Part shown: piece after piece, positions 40,814-56,051 of the stretch
How positions within the stretch are numbered: the first letter of the stretch is position 1
How the letters are laid out: each line of letters begins with the position of its first letter
From: the human T2T-CHM13v2.0 reference genome, Homo sapiens
Reading direction: 5' to 3' (one strand)
Length of the DNA: 64,000 nucleotides
Assembly (NCBI RefSeq): GCF_009914755.1
Contig: NC_060937.1
The notes under the pieces: generated by a model
Databases searched by the model: none
The model's input: the letters and a program-made list of their open reading frames with translations, nothing else
What the model was told of the DNA's origin: nothing
Translations under genes and position numbers: made by a program

Positions 40814-43339
40814 TATGTAACACTCAACCCATATGCTCTAATGGGCAGAGTTCATAAACGCCTGGGAATGGCCACACAGCGTTGAAAGAGGTTGTTTCCA
40901 CCTAAGTTACTAGGAAGTCTTGTGGGGTGATGGAATCACACTCAATGTCCCTAGTTATTAGTTAATCTGTGTATTGGTGAAGGAAACAAATTGAAACCAT
41001 TAAAAAAAGTAGTTTCCGCAAGATTTGCCTGATTTCAGTAACATGTTTCGTCACAAATGGCAAAAGGCACAAAAGTTTTGGATCACTTTGTCCATTATTC
41101 TTCAAATATTAATTAAACAACGACAGTACTTGTAGTCATTCGGGAGGTGCTATGAGAGGTAACAGAGAAGGAGAAGATAAAATCTCTACCCTCCTTTAGG
41201 TTAGAATCTAGGATTCCATGACTCTATATACCATATTTAATATCAGATTTGGGACTCATATGCGCTTCTCAAAAGAGTGGCCTCAAGACTAGGTGGGTCA
41301 GAGCTGGTGGTTCTGAGACGTCAGCACAGAGACAGCCATGGCAGCAACAGCAAAGGGCTGGCCTCATGCCCCAGGAGTGCCCTCCCGTCCCATCCATCCT
41401 GTGCAGGAGGGCAGTGCGTGCCCATGAGGGGGTTTTGGAAAGCGAGGTGTGACCTGTCCAGACCCACAGCTTCAGAGTATCCTGCCTCTGCTCAGTATGT
41501 GATGTTTGGAGAGGTCAGGGAGAAACGCCCACTGAGGCCAGGTGCTGCTGGCTCCAAGAAGTGTGGTAGGAAGGCAGGACCTCCCTGTTCAGGTACCTTG
41601 ATGGCTGGGAAACAAGGATGCAGAGAAGATTTGATGGGTATTTGGGATGGAGAATTTAACTCGATTCGCTTCAGCAAAACGGCACGAACCTCTGCTATAC
41701 ATGGGCAGGAGGGGCAGGTGCTGGACATAGAACTGTGAACAAGATGACCCCAATCCTGCCTGCAGGGAGCTTTCAATTGACACAGGTTCAGCTTGTCTAT
41801 TAACAATCATAAATTAGGTAAGGCAGGACACTGAAAGTCCAGAACACAGTGGGTCGGCTGGAAGTAGAGTCTGGAACGACTTCTCTGAAATGGACTTAAA
41901 GTGGAAAAGAAATTAATATATTGAAGAAGGGTGGCTCTAGGCTAGGGAAAATCAACAGAAGCTGCAAAGGCCTTGAGTGAAGAAAACATAAACTTCTGGC
42001 ATGGAGGTTAACAGCTGGTAAGGTGCTGTGTACTTTGGAAGAATGAGAAAGGTCATATTTTACTTTTTAATTATTGTTTTTTGCTTACTCTACAATCTGC
42101 ATTTAGGATCATCTTGAATTTGAGTTCTTAAATCCCTGCAGATAGAATTTCTCAAAACAGATCTCAAAGAGCAGGAAAGCAGGAGGATGGTGCATTTGGG
42201 AAAGGAAGTCCCCTCTGTTGGATTCAGATTGCTGTTATGGAAATCAGTAACATTTACAAGGTGGAATAAGGTAATAATGTTCAGAACTTCAGTGACTGAA
42301 AGGATTAAAGGGGAATCATTCAAACTTTCTTAATCAAGTCATCTAAAATAATCCATTGGGGTTTTCTTATTCACAGTGTGATCAATTGCTTATCCCAAAT
42401 AAGAGGAAAAGTCCAGGTGTCTTCCCAAGGCCTCACAAGCACACTTCGCTTCTGCAGGACTTTTTACATAAGCATTAAAGAAGGCAGTTGTAAGAAACAT
42501 AGAGACCCTAGGGGTGGTGCTCTCAAGACTGATTCACCAGGTCAAGTCAGTGTCCGCACACAGCAGCACAGTTTGTGGACAGAAGCAGGATGGGGATAGG
42601 AGGAAGGACAGCCACGAAGCCAGGCAGCACCAGGCAGATAACTCTCCATCGTTCTAGGCAAGCAGCCACCAGGGGCAGGGGAGTGGGAGTGTGAGCTGTG
42701 AGTTGTGAACTGTGAGCTGTGAGACAGAAGCAGAGACAGCTGCAAGGCAGGGAAGACTGGACTTGCCCTGATTATCCCCAGGAACTGCCTGACAAAGAAG
42801 ATTTGACCTGGACTTGTGTTGGGGGAACATCAGAGTCTTTGCTTTTAGAAAAAGAAGGTTTATGGATATGTCAGGATCAAACGAAAGTAAACAGCTTCGT
42901 CACTGGAGGGCATGCATCACCAGAAAGGAGGAGACTACTGCTATTGATATTTTCAAACATATTACTATTAAGAAGGATACATAACATGTATGTGCAATAA
43001 ATGTATGGAGGAGTCAATGAGATAAATTAATGAATTGTGTTTCTTTTCCATGCGTTTATCCTTTTAGTTTTGTCATTTTTTAAAAAACAGGATTTCAGAA
43101 ATTACATCAATTATTTTACTTGGATACAGACCATTAACAGGGATATTATATACAAAGACATATATTCTTACAGATATGAAAGTGACAAAATACCTTATAT
43201 CATGAGACTGGACCTTTTCTTTAAAACTATGCATTCAGTCCTAAATTGTTTTTGAAGATTCCAGGTTTGGAGTCCTGATTGTTCTCCATATAGGCCTGTG
43301 ACCAGAAGCCACAGGAAATATGTATGAGTAAAAATGAGA

Positions 43340-43800
43340 TATCAATGTCTGTCTATCAAAATGGCAAAATGAAAAACTATGCAACCTATATTGGTGAGGG
43401 TCCACTTTGAAATAGCTGTTAACAATGTAGAGACTTTGTGAAGGGTATTTTGGCAGTCAGTATTAAAATACTAGAAATTGGTGCATATCATATCCAGCAA
43501 TCATATTTCTAGAAAATTTTCTTAATAAAATAAACAGGGATCTGCACAAAGATTTATCTACCATGGTAATTGGAGCAGTCCTCTTTATAACACTGAAAAA
43601 CTGGAAATAATTTAAATGTCCAAGAATTATGACATGTTCACAAACTGTCATTATGTCATGTTGTGTTTAATAACACAGAAAAATGTAGATTAAAAAGAAA
43701 AATATAAATAATAAAAGAATGAGATGTCTGTTATGTTATGTAGAGTATACCTACATGCATATATTTATGAATAGAAAAAGAAAATATGTCCCAAATGTTT
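43340..43800 (+). mobile_element. L1ME 3' fragment
   Basis: CCAGCAATCATATTTCTAGAAAATT...AAAAACTGGAAATAATTTAAATGTCCA sense L1ME motif. Confidence 0.6.
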
Positions 43801-43804
43801 AAAA

Positions 43805-44134
43805 AAGTTTTATTACAAAAAATTTGTAATATATGCCAAGTGAACATAATAGTATAATGAACTCAAATGCAGCCATTTACTCAGCTTTAATAAATATCAA
43901 CTCATGGCCAATCTTACTCCATTTATATCCCGGTCTATGCTCGCCCACCCCCACTGCCATCAGGAAATTATTTGGAAGTATTCATATCACTTCATTTGTA
44001 ACTACTTTATTAAAATGACTAAAAGATAATGGCTCTTAAAAATCAAATCATCACAATTTAATTATCACAGTCCAAAAAATCAAAATAGTAATTTCTTATT
44101 TTATTAAATATCAGTCAATGCTTAAATGTCCTTA

Positions 44135-44173
<39 letters not shown>

Positions 44174-44614
44174 GTCTGTCTATCTATATCTACCTACCTA
44201 CCTACCTACTGTCTATCTATCTATATTGGTTCTCTTAAATCAGAATTTAAAATAAAACAGATATTGCGATGTTTGATTATATCTTCTAAGGCTCTTTTAA
44301 ATTTTAGATGATCTGCCTCCCCCCTTTTCTGCTATTTATTGTTGGAAGAATTTTGCTGATTGCATTTCTATGGTAATGTTTAACATGTTTTTCTGACACT
44401 TACATTTGCTAAAAGCTGATGTTAACTGTGATGTTAACTAATCCATTATTTCATTATGGGTGATAAAATGGTGATATTCTAATTCTATCATTATTTTTTT
44501 CATTGCTAAGCCAGAAAACTTTTATAAAATGAAACTTCACCTCATCAACTCTGATTACATTGTGTCCCTTTAGGAAAGGCAAAATAAATGCTTGAGTCTT
44601 TGAGTCTTTCCCTT
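43805..44614 (-). mobile_element. L1MC4/5-like fragment (resumes at ~51081-51320 after the L1PA/Alu insertion)
   Basis: AAAATGGTGATATTCTAATTCTATC...GGAAAGGCAAAATAAATGCTTGA motif; continuation TTTACCAAATAATTAGTTG after the Alu. Confidence 0.65.
44137..44224. repeat. (TATC)n/(TACC)n compound STR
   Basis: Directly visible. Confidence 0.93.
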
Positions 44615-44849
44615 ATTTTTTAATTATTATACTTTAAGTTTTAGGGAACATGTGAACAACGTGCAGGTTTGTTACATAGCTATACATGTGCCATGTTGGT
44701 TTGCTGCCCCCATTAACTCATCATTTACGTTAGGTATTTCTCCTAATGCTATCCCTCCCCCAGGCCGCAACCCTACCACAGGCCCCGGTGTGTGATGTAC
44801 CCTACCCTGTGTCTAAGTGTTCTCATAGTTCACTTCCCACCTACGAGTG

Positions 44850-48624
<3,775 letters not shown>

Positions 48625-48687
48625 TATGATGTTAGCTGGTTATTTTGCCCGTTAGTTGATGCAGTTTCTTCCTAGCATCAATGGTCT

Positions 48688-49714
48688 TTACAATTTGGCA
48701 TGTTTGTGCAGTGGCTGGTACCAGTTGTTCCTTTCCATGTTTAGTGCTTCCTTCAGGAGCTCTTGTAAGGCAGGCCTGGTCATGACCAAATCTCTCAGCA
48801 TTTGCTTGTCTGTAAAGTATTTTATTTCTCCTTCACTTATGAAGCTTAGTTTGGCTGGATATGAAATTCTGGGTTGAAAATTCTTTTCTTTAAGAATGTT
48901 GAATATCGGCCCCCACTCTCTTCTAGCTTGCAGAGTTTCTGCCGAGAGATCTGCTATTCGTCTAACGGGCTTCCCTTTGTGGGTAACTCGAGCTTTCTCT
49001 CTGGCTGCCCTTAACATTTTTTCCTTCATTTCAACCTTGGTGAATCTGAGAATTATGTGTCTTGGGGTTGGTCTTCTCGAGGACTATCTTTGTGGTGTTC
49101 TCTGTATTTCCTGAATTTGAATGTTGGCCTGCCTTGCTAGATTGGGGAAGTTTCTCCTGGATAATATCCCGAAGAGTGTTTTCCAACTTGGTTCCATTCT
49201 CCTCGTTACTTTCAGGCACATCAATCAAACGTAGATTTGGTCTTTTCACATAGTCCCATATTTCTTGGAGGCTTTGTTCATTTCTTTTTACTCTTTTTTC
49301 TCTAAACTTCTCTTCTCATTTTATTTCATTAATTTGATCTTCAATCACTGATACTCTTTCTTCCACTTGATTGAATTGGCTATTGAAGCTTGTGCATGTG
49401 TCACGTAGTTCTCATGCCATGGTTTTCAGCTCCATCAGGTCGTTTAAGGTCTTCTCTACACTGTTCTTTCTAGTTAGCCATTCATCTAATCTTTTTTCAA
49501 GGTTTTTAGCTTCCTTGCAATGGGTTCAAACATCCTCCTTTAGCTCAGAGAAGTTTGTTATTACTGACCTTCTGAAGGCTACTTCTGTCAGCTCATCAAA
49601 GTCATTCTCTGTCCAGCTTTGTTCCATTGCTGGTGAGGAGTGGCAATCCTTTGGGGGAGAAGAGGCGCTCTGGTTTTTAGAATTTTCAGCTTTTCTGCTC
49701 TGGTTTCTCCCCAT
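48688..49714 (-). pseudogene. L1 ORF1p remnant with stops and frameshifts
   Basis: Fragments MGRNQSRKAENSKNQSAS, KRPNLRLIDVPES and FQPRISYPAKLSF lie in separate ORFs. Confidence 0.93.
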
Positions 49715-50647
49715 CTTTGTGGTTTTATCTGGCTTTGGTCTTTGACATTGGTGACTTACAGATGGGGTTTTGGTGTGGATGTCCTTTTTGTTGATGTCGA
49801 TGCTATTCTTTTCTGCTTGTTAGTTTTCCTTTTAACAGTCAGGCCCCCAGCTGCAGGTCTGTTGGAGTTTGCTGAAGGTCCACTCCAGACCCTGTTTTCC
49901 TGGGTATCACCAGCGGAGGCTGCAGAATAGCAAGTATTGCAGAACGGCAAATATTGCTGCCTGATCCTTCCTCTGGAAGCTTCATCCCGGAGGGGCACCC
50001 GCCTGTATGAAGTGTCAGTCGGCCCCTACTGTGAGGTGTCTCCCAGTTATGCTACATGAGGGTCAGGGACCCACTTGAGGAGGCAGTCTGTCCATTCTCA
50101 GAGCTCAAACACCACGCTGGGAGAACCACTGCTCTCTTCAGAGCTGTCAGACAGGGACGTTTAAGTCTGCAGAAGTTTCTGGTGCCTTTTGTTCAGCTAT
50201 GCCCTGCCCCCAGAGGTGGAGTTTACAGAGGCAGCAGGCCTTGCTGAGCTGCAGTGGACTCCACCCAGTTTGAGCTTCCCGGCTGCTTTGTTTACCTACT
50301 CAAGCCTCAGCAATGGCAGATACCCCTCCCCAAGCCAGGCTGCTGTCTTGCAGGTCAATCTCAGACTGATGCGCTAGCAGTGAGCAAGGCTCTGTGGGTG
50401 TGTGACCCACCGAGCCAGGCACAGGATGTGGTCTCCTGGTGGGCCGTTTGCTAAGACCCTTTGAAAAGCACAGTATTTGGGTGGGAGTGTCCCGTTTTTC
50501 CAGGTACCATCTGTCATGGCTTCCCTTGGCTAGGAAAGGGAAATCCCCCGACCCCTTGCGCTTCCTGGGTGATGCAATGCCCCCCGCCCTGCTTTGGCTC
50601 ACCCTCCATGGGCTGCACCCAGTGTCCAACCAGTCCCAATGAGATGA

Positions 50648-51080
<433 letters not shown>

Positions 51081-51976
51081 TCTTTTCCTTTCTTTACCAA
51101 ATAATTAGTTGTTTCTCTCACATCTTCCCAAAGAACAAGAAGGCAAATGAGGTATCCTTTTGTTTTTCAATGTCATCATGCACCAATGGATTTAAATGGA
51201 TCTTACGTATTTCAGTGCAGTTATTATTGTTGATGTTCATATTGACCATTGGCCAAGGGGAATTTATTCAAGTTGACTTGCATCTTTCTGACATTACCCC
51301 AGTAATCTCTGATTGTTCTCAGGTTGTGGGGAGGCCTCAAGTGGCCCAAGGAGAAAACGAAGGAAAGAAAGAGGAGGGAAAAGCAACATAGAAGAAAGAA
51401 AAATAAAAAATAAATTGGCTACTTTTTGATTCAGCTTCAATTTAGGCCACTTTAATGGCACTGATGAATGCACACTCCCTACTAAATGCACAACCACTGG
51501 TGATTGTAAACCCATATCCATAGTTTCAAACAAAAAGAGATGCAGCACCTTCAGGAAAGCCTGAAGCATTTTTATCCTTGTTAAACCAAAGCTGAGTACT
51601 CTTCCCCCAGTAAAACATCTGTGAATCTGTGATGGTGTCTCAGAATCTGACCACAGACATTAGGGCTGCTTCCCAGCTGTGACTCATAGAGTAGTTCTTC
51701 ATCTTCACTAGGATGATTAGGGTATGTGCCTAAATAATCATTTTTCATTTCATTTCCCATTTAAATAAAGCTTGGTATAGTCTACTACCTTTGAAGGAAA
51801 ACAAGACTTATAAGACTGGAGTCAGGATTTGCTTGTGTTTGTGATACCTTTGCTTCACAGAGCTGAACTTTGCGCAAGTTTTATGCAATGGGTACCCTGT
51901 ATCATTGCAGCCATATCCCAGGACAACACTCTTGAGTGATAGCTGCTTCTTGGGGCAGGTTCAAATAAGCAATTCA

Positions 51977-52040
51977 GTTGCTAGGTACATCGTGTCCCAG
52001 TATGCAATGTTGCTAGGTACATCGTGTCCCAGTATGCAAT
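51977..52040. repeat. Perfect 2 x 32 bp tandem duplication
   Basis: GTTGCTAGGTACATCGTGTCCCAGTATGCAAT twice. Confidence 0.97.
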
Positions 52041-53809
52041 GTGGAAAAACCAGTCCTTTCTACCTACACAGGATTTTCAGGGCAAACAGCATCCTTGCTA
52101 GACGGTAACACTGGGCCCATGTTTGGAGTTTTCATAGCTCATATTCCAGTTACTTAGAATTGACTGGGTACATCTATGTGTTCAACACCATGAAACTCCA
52201 AGTCCAGCACAAAAGAATGGCAACAAGAAAGAGGAACAAATTGAGGGTAAATAGTAAATATTTTTATCTAGGAGAGACATTTATCCACTTTTCCCTAGCA
52301 ACACCCAGCATCATTCAGGAAGTTTGGTTTTTATTTCTGGTTCTGAACCATTGATGATTGTTTTCCAAGGTTTTGACCGTTGGCTATGGAAGTGGCTGAA
52401 ACCTGCCTTTGCCTGGAGAAAGAAGAGGATTGAAGACAGTAATTGAAGGGACTCTGGGATGGTACAGACTGTGCAGATTTGGAGGGAGTGAGACTGTCGC
52501 TTGCATTCCTGAGCTCCTACCTGACCTCTGTACATGCTGAGGAGCTGACCTGAGGCCAGTGCATGCCAGAATATCACTTGAGAACTTTATTAGTCTATTA
52601 GTGTAAATACTTTAGAGATAACTTAGTAAACCTGCGCTTCTATTATCATAAACTCTTCCCTAATGAAAAGGTAGTTTAGGCAATCCTGGTTGAAACCATG
52701 CCTCTCTATCTTCTATTTTTAAACTGATGCATGGGCTTATTCCGCCTCATTGCCTGGACTTGGACTATGAAGATCTTTATTGCTTTTGAGTAAAGATGTT
52801 TTCTTTCCATCAATACACAAGCACTCGTTAATAATTACAATATTCTGGAACACCCTTTCTGAACCACTCACTTTGGCTTTCTTTAATCTTCCATTATTCT
52901 CATAAAAGAGAAGTTAAAACTATTTCTTTTTCAAATGAACACCTGTAACATATCTCCTAGCATCTTGTAAGATCTGGAGAGAGATAGTAGTATAATAATT
53001 AGCATTGCAAAATTTTCTGTTCTCATTTCTATTTATTAAGCAAATGTTCTTGGAAAGGTTCTTAAATTATAATTTAAATATTACATATACATACATATTC
53101 TTAGAATTCTACTCAGATTTTTCTGCATAATTTTAATGCCTTAAAATGCTTACATTTGCATTTAGCTACTCTTCTGAAGATTAATAGAACCAGCAAAAGT
53201 AATCACATTATGAACAACTTAAATATAGAATTTTGAGCATGCACGCCCCTTTTTTCCCTTTTCATTTTTCTCAACTATCATTTGGCCCGGAATCTCAAAG
53301 ATCTGAGGAAACAAAAAATCTAAATTACAAAGCATCTTGGTTCTTTATCTCTTTCTTCTTTGACCCCTTAAGAATATAAACTCAATTCTGGGCCCTTGGT
53401 TTATGGCTATTACTTGTGATTACTCTTAAAGGGCAGCCCTTGCAGGGTTACCTAGGAGAAAGAAGTGACAACCTTCTGCTGGGGCCGCTCTGAAAAGAGG
53501 GGCAAGGACCCCCTGCTTCCCAAAGGATATCCCTAACCCCAGGTGGGAACAGCCTCCAGAGAGGCAGTGAACTCTTCAGTACACAGAGAGATGCAGTCAC
53601 ATTTGTTTACTGGCCAGCTGAAACCTAGCAAGATATATCTTTTTTTCTCAGCCTTTGGTGAAAATCTCTCTAAAATGTGCACTATTGTAATAAGCAAAAA
53701 AAAAAAAAAAAAAAAGATGAATATGATTGAGTTTCTTGCTTAATGCCGAATATTCATATAATGACCTTAATTATTCTGACCCTCAAATATTATAGTATCA
53801 CATATAGAG

Positions 53810-53980
53810 CAGTGTTTTTTCAAAGTGTGATCCCTGGACCAGCTACATTGGCAAAGCTTGGAGAAATGGTTCAGAGTTAGACCAAACAACCAATAAATGA
53901 GAATTTAAAGGCTTACGAACTGGGAAAGTGCATTTTAACACATTTTTAATAATTCTGATGCTCACTGAACAAGTGACTGA
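53810..53980. mobile_element. MER5A-like hAT MITE
   Basis: CAGTGTTTTTTCAAAGTGTGATCCCTGGACCAGC start; TGCATTTTAACA...ATTCTGATGC. Confidence 0.75.
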
Positions 53981-54804
53981 ATATTAATTATACCACAGGA
54001 AAACTACAGCATAAAAAAAGCTAGGGTATAATGTTTATGAGACTAAATTGAAACAATGACAATGCCAGCACAGAAGATGATACTATGTCTGAGAACCCAT
54101 CTCTGATCACTGGAGGCAAGTAGTGTAGTGATGGTATAAAGCTTTCTTGTTTTAAAACCAAAGTGGATAAAACCCCAATGATTTATTCACTTGACTAGCT
54201 CATTATAGATTTTCTGTAGCATGGTGGCTGGCACCATGCATTCAGTGGTACAGGTTTGTCTTCAACCCTTAATTTCCTTCTCAACTGAAAGCAAAGAAAC
54301 TATGTGCAAAAGAGGCAAGAAATGAGTGGTTCCCTTTTTGTCCAGGGGACCAATTCTCTTGCCTGGAAGGGTAAATGCATTGGCACATGCAGTGGGAAGT
54401 GGCATGTGGCCTCAATGGCACCAATATCAGGGTTGGCCAAAGGACTCTCCAATTTCCCTCAATCTACGTTTTCCTGCCCCACTCCAACCTGGCTCCAGAA
54501 TAGACCCAGTTAACATCACTGTCACACGGAGCACTAGGTGCAGCGGGAATGCTTCAGTTCTCTAATTACTTCACCCAATAATAGCATCTAACCCCGGTGA
54601 CCACAGCTTCCTTCTTGAAGCACGTTCTTCCCTTTGTTCTCCATGACACCACCTTCTTCTGGTTTTCCTTCTATTTCTACAGTCTTCCATCCAAATTCCA
54701 AGTGTTGGAGTTCCTCAAAGGTTAATCTTAAACTCTTTTCTCTGCTTTCTCTGTAGTCTCTTCCTATTTGTCAACATCTACAATTGATGTGATTAAAATT
54801 TTCA

Positions 54805-55112
<308 letters not shown>

Positions 55113-55211
55113 ACATTTTCAGCTATGCACAGAGGACTTCTAAATTTGTATCTTGAACATGGAACTCATCTCTGAGCTCCAGATTTGTGTTTCCCACTCA
55201 AAATCTCCATC

Positions 55212-55421
55212 CGGGTTAGGCTCTTATGATGTTATTTATGCCCTTGTAAAAAGAAGAGACATGACATATCATTCTCTTCACTACATGAGGATATAGAAAG
55301 AAGGCAACCTCCTGCAAATGAAGAAGCAGGCCCTCAGCAGACAACAATAAATCTGCTGGCAATTTGATCTGGACTTCTCAGCTTCTAGAACTGTAAGAAA
55401 TAAATGTTGTATTTTTAAAAA
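55212..55421 (+). mobile_element. Internal fragment of an MLT1A/B-type LTR, flanked by long direct repeats
   Basis: ATCTGCTGGCAATTTGATCTGGACTTCTCAGCTTCTAGAACTGTAAGAAATAAAT MLT1 core; both LTR termini missing. Confidence 0.8.
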
Positions 55422-55803
55422 GATCTCCATCTGATTGTCTCAGAGGCAGATAATGTTGAATAGAGTTTTATCTTCTCTTCACTTCACCCCTAATTTGGCC
55501 TTTCTCCACTAGTTCCTATTTGTGAATGGCCTCTCCATCTGTCTGATAGCCCATCTTTGATTTGTTTCCCTTACATCTCATATTTAATCATCAAGCTCTG
55601 TCCTTTTTCTTCATAAGTCTCACCAACACTCCCCCATATATCTCCAACTCCACCACCGCCCTTGTCTAAGCTACAGTCATCTCTCACCTGGACTGATGCA
55701 AAGGTCTCCTGCTCTGTTCTATTCTTTACACCACAGTCAGAAAGAGTTTTAGATAATGACTATCTTGGCTGCATCGTTCCTTTTTTAAAGCCATTCAATG
55801 GCC

Positions 55804-56051
55804 TTCTCCATTCAACTCCACTCCTCCTGTGGGCTCAGGGCCTGGGTGACTGATTCTCCATTCAAGTCCACTCCACCTGTGGGCTCAGGGCCTGGGTGAC
55901 TGATTCTCCATTCAAGTCCACTCCTCCTGTGGGCTCAGGGCCTGGGTGACTGATTCTCCGTTCAAGTCCACTCCTCCTGTGGGCTCAGGGCCTGGGTGAC
56001 TGATTCTCCGTTCAAGTCCACTCCTCCTGTGGGCTCAGGGCCTGGGTGACT
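55804..56051. repeat. Minisatellite, ~5 x 50 bp (TTCTCCRTTCAAGTCCACTCCTCCTGTGGGCTCAGGGCCTGGGTGACTGA)
   Basis: Period 50, three variable positions. Confidence 0.97.

Noticed and set aside
41249-41810. 153-aa and overlapping ORFs in a GC-richer patch
   Set aside because: No recognisable domain, a non-ATG start for the longest ORF, and overlapping frames on both strands typical of chance ORFs.
42420-42900. Possible ancient Gypsy-like LTR with short GTGAGCT repeats and a CTCF-like CCACCAGGGGCAG
   Set aside because: No termini or TSD identifiable, and the motif is one G short of the CTCF core; too weak to call.
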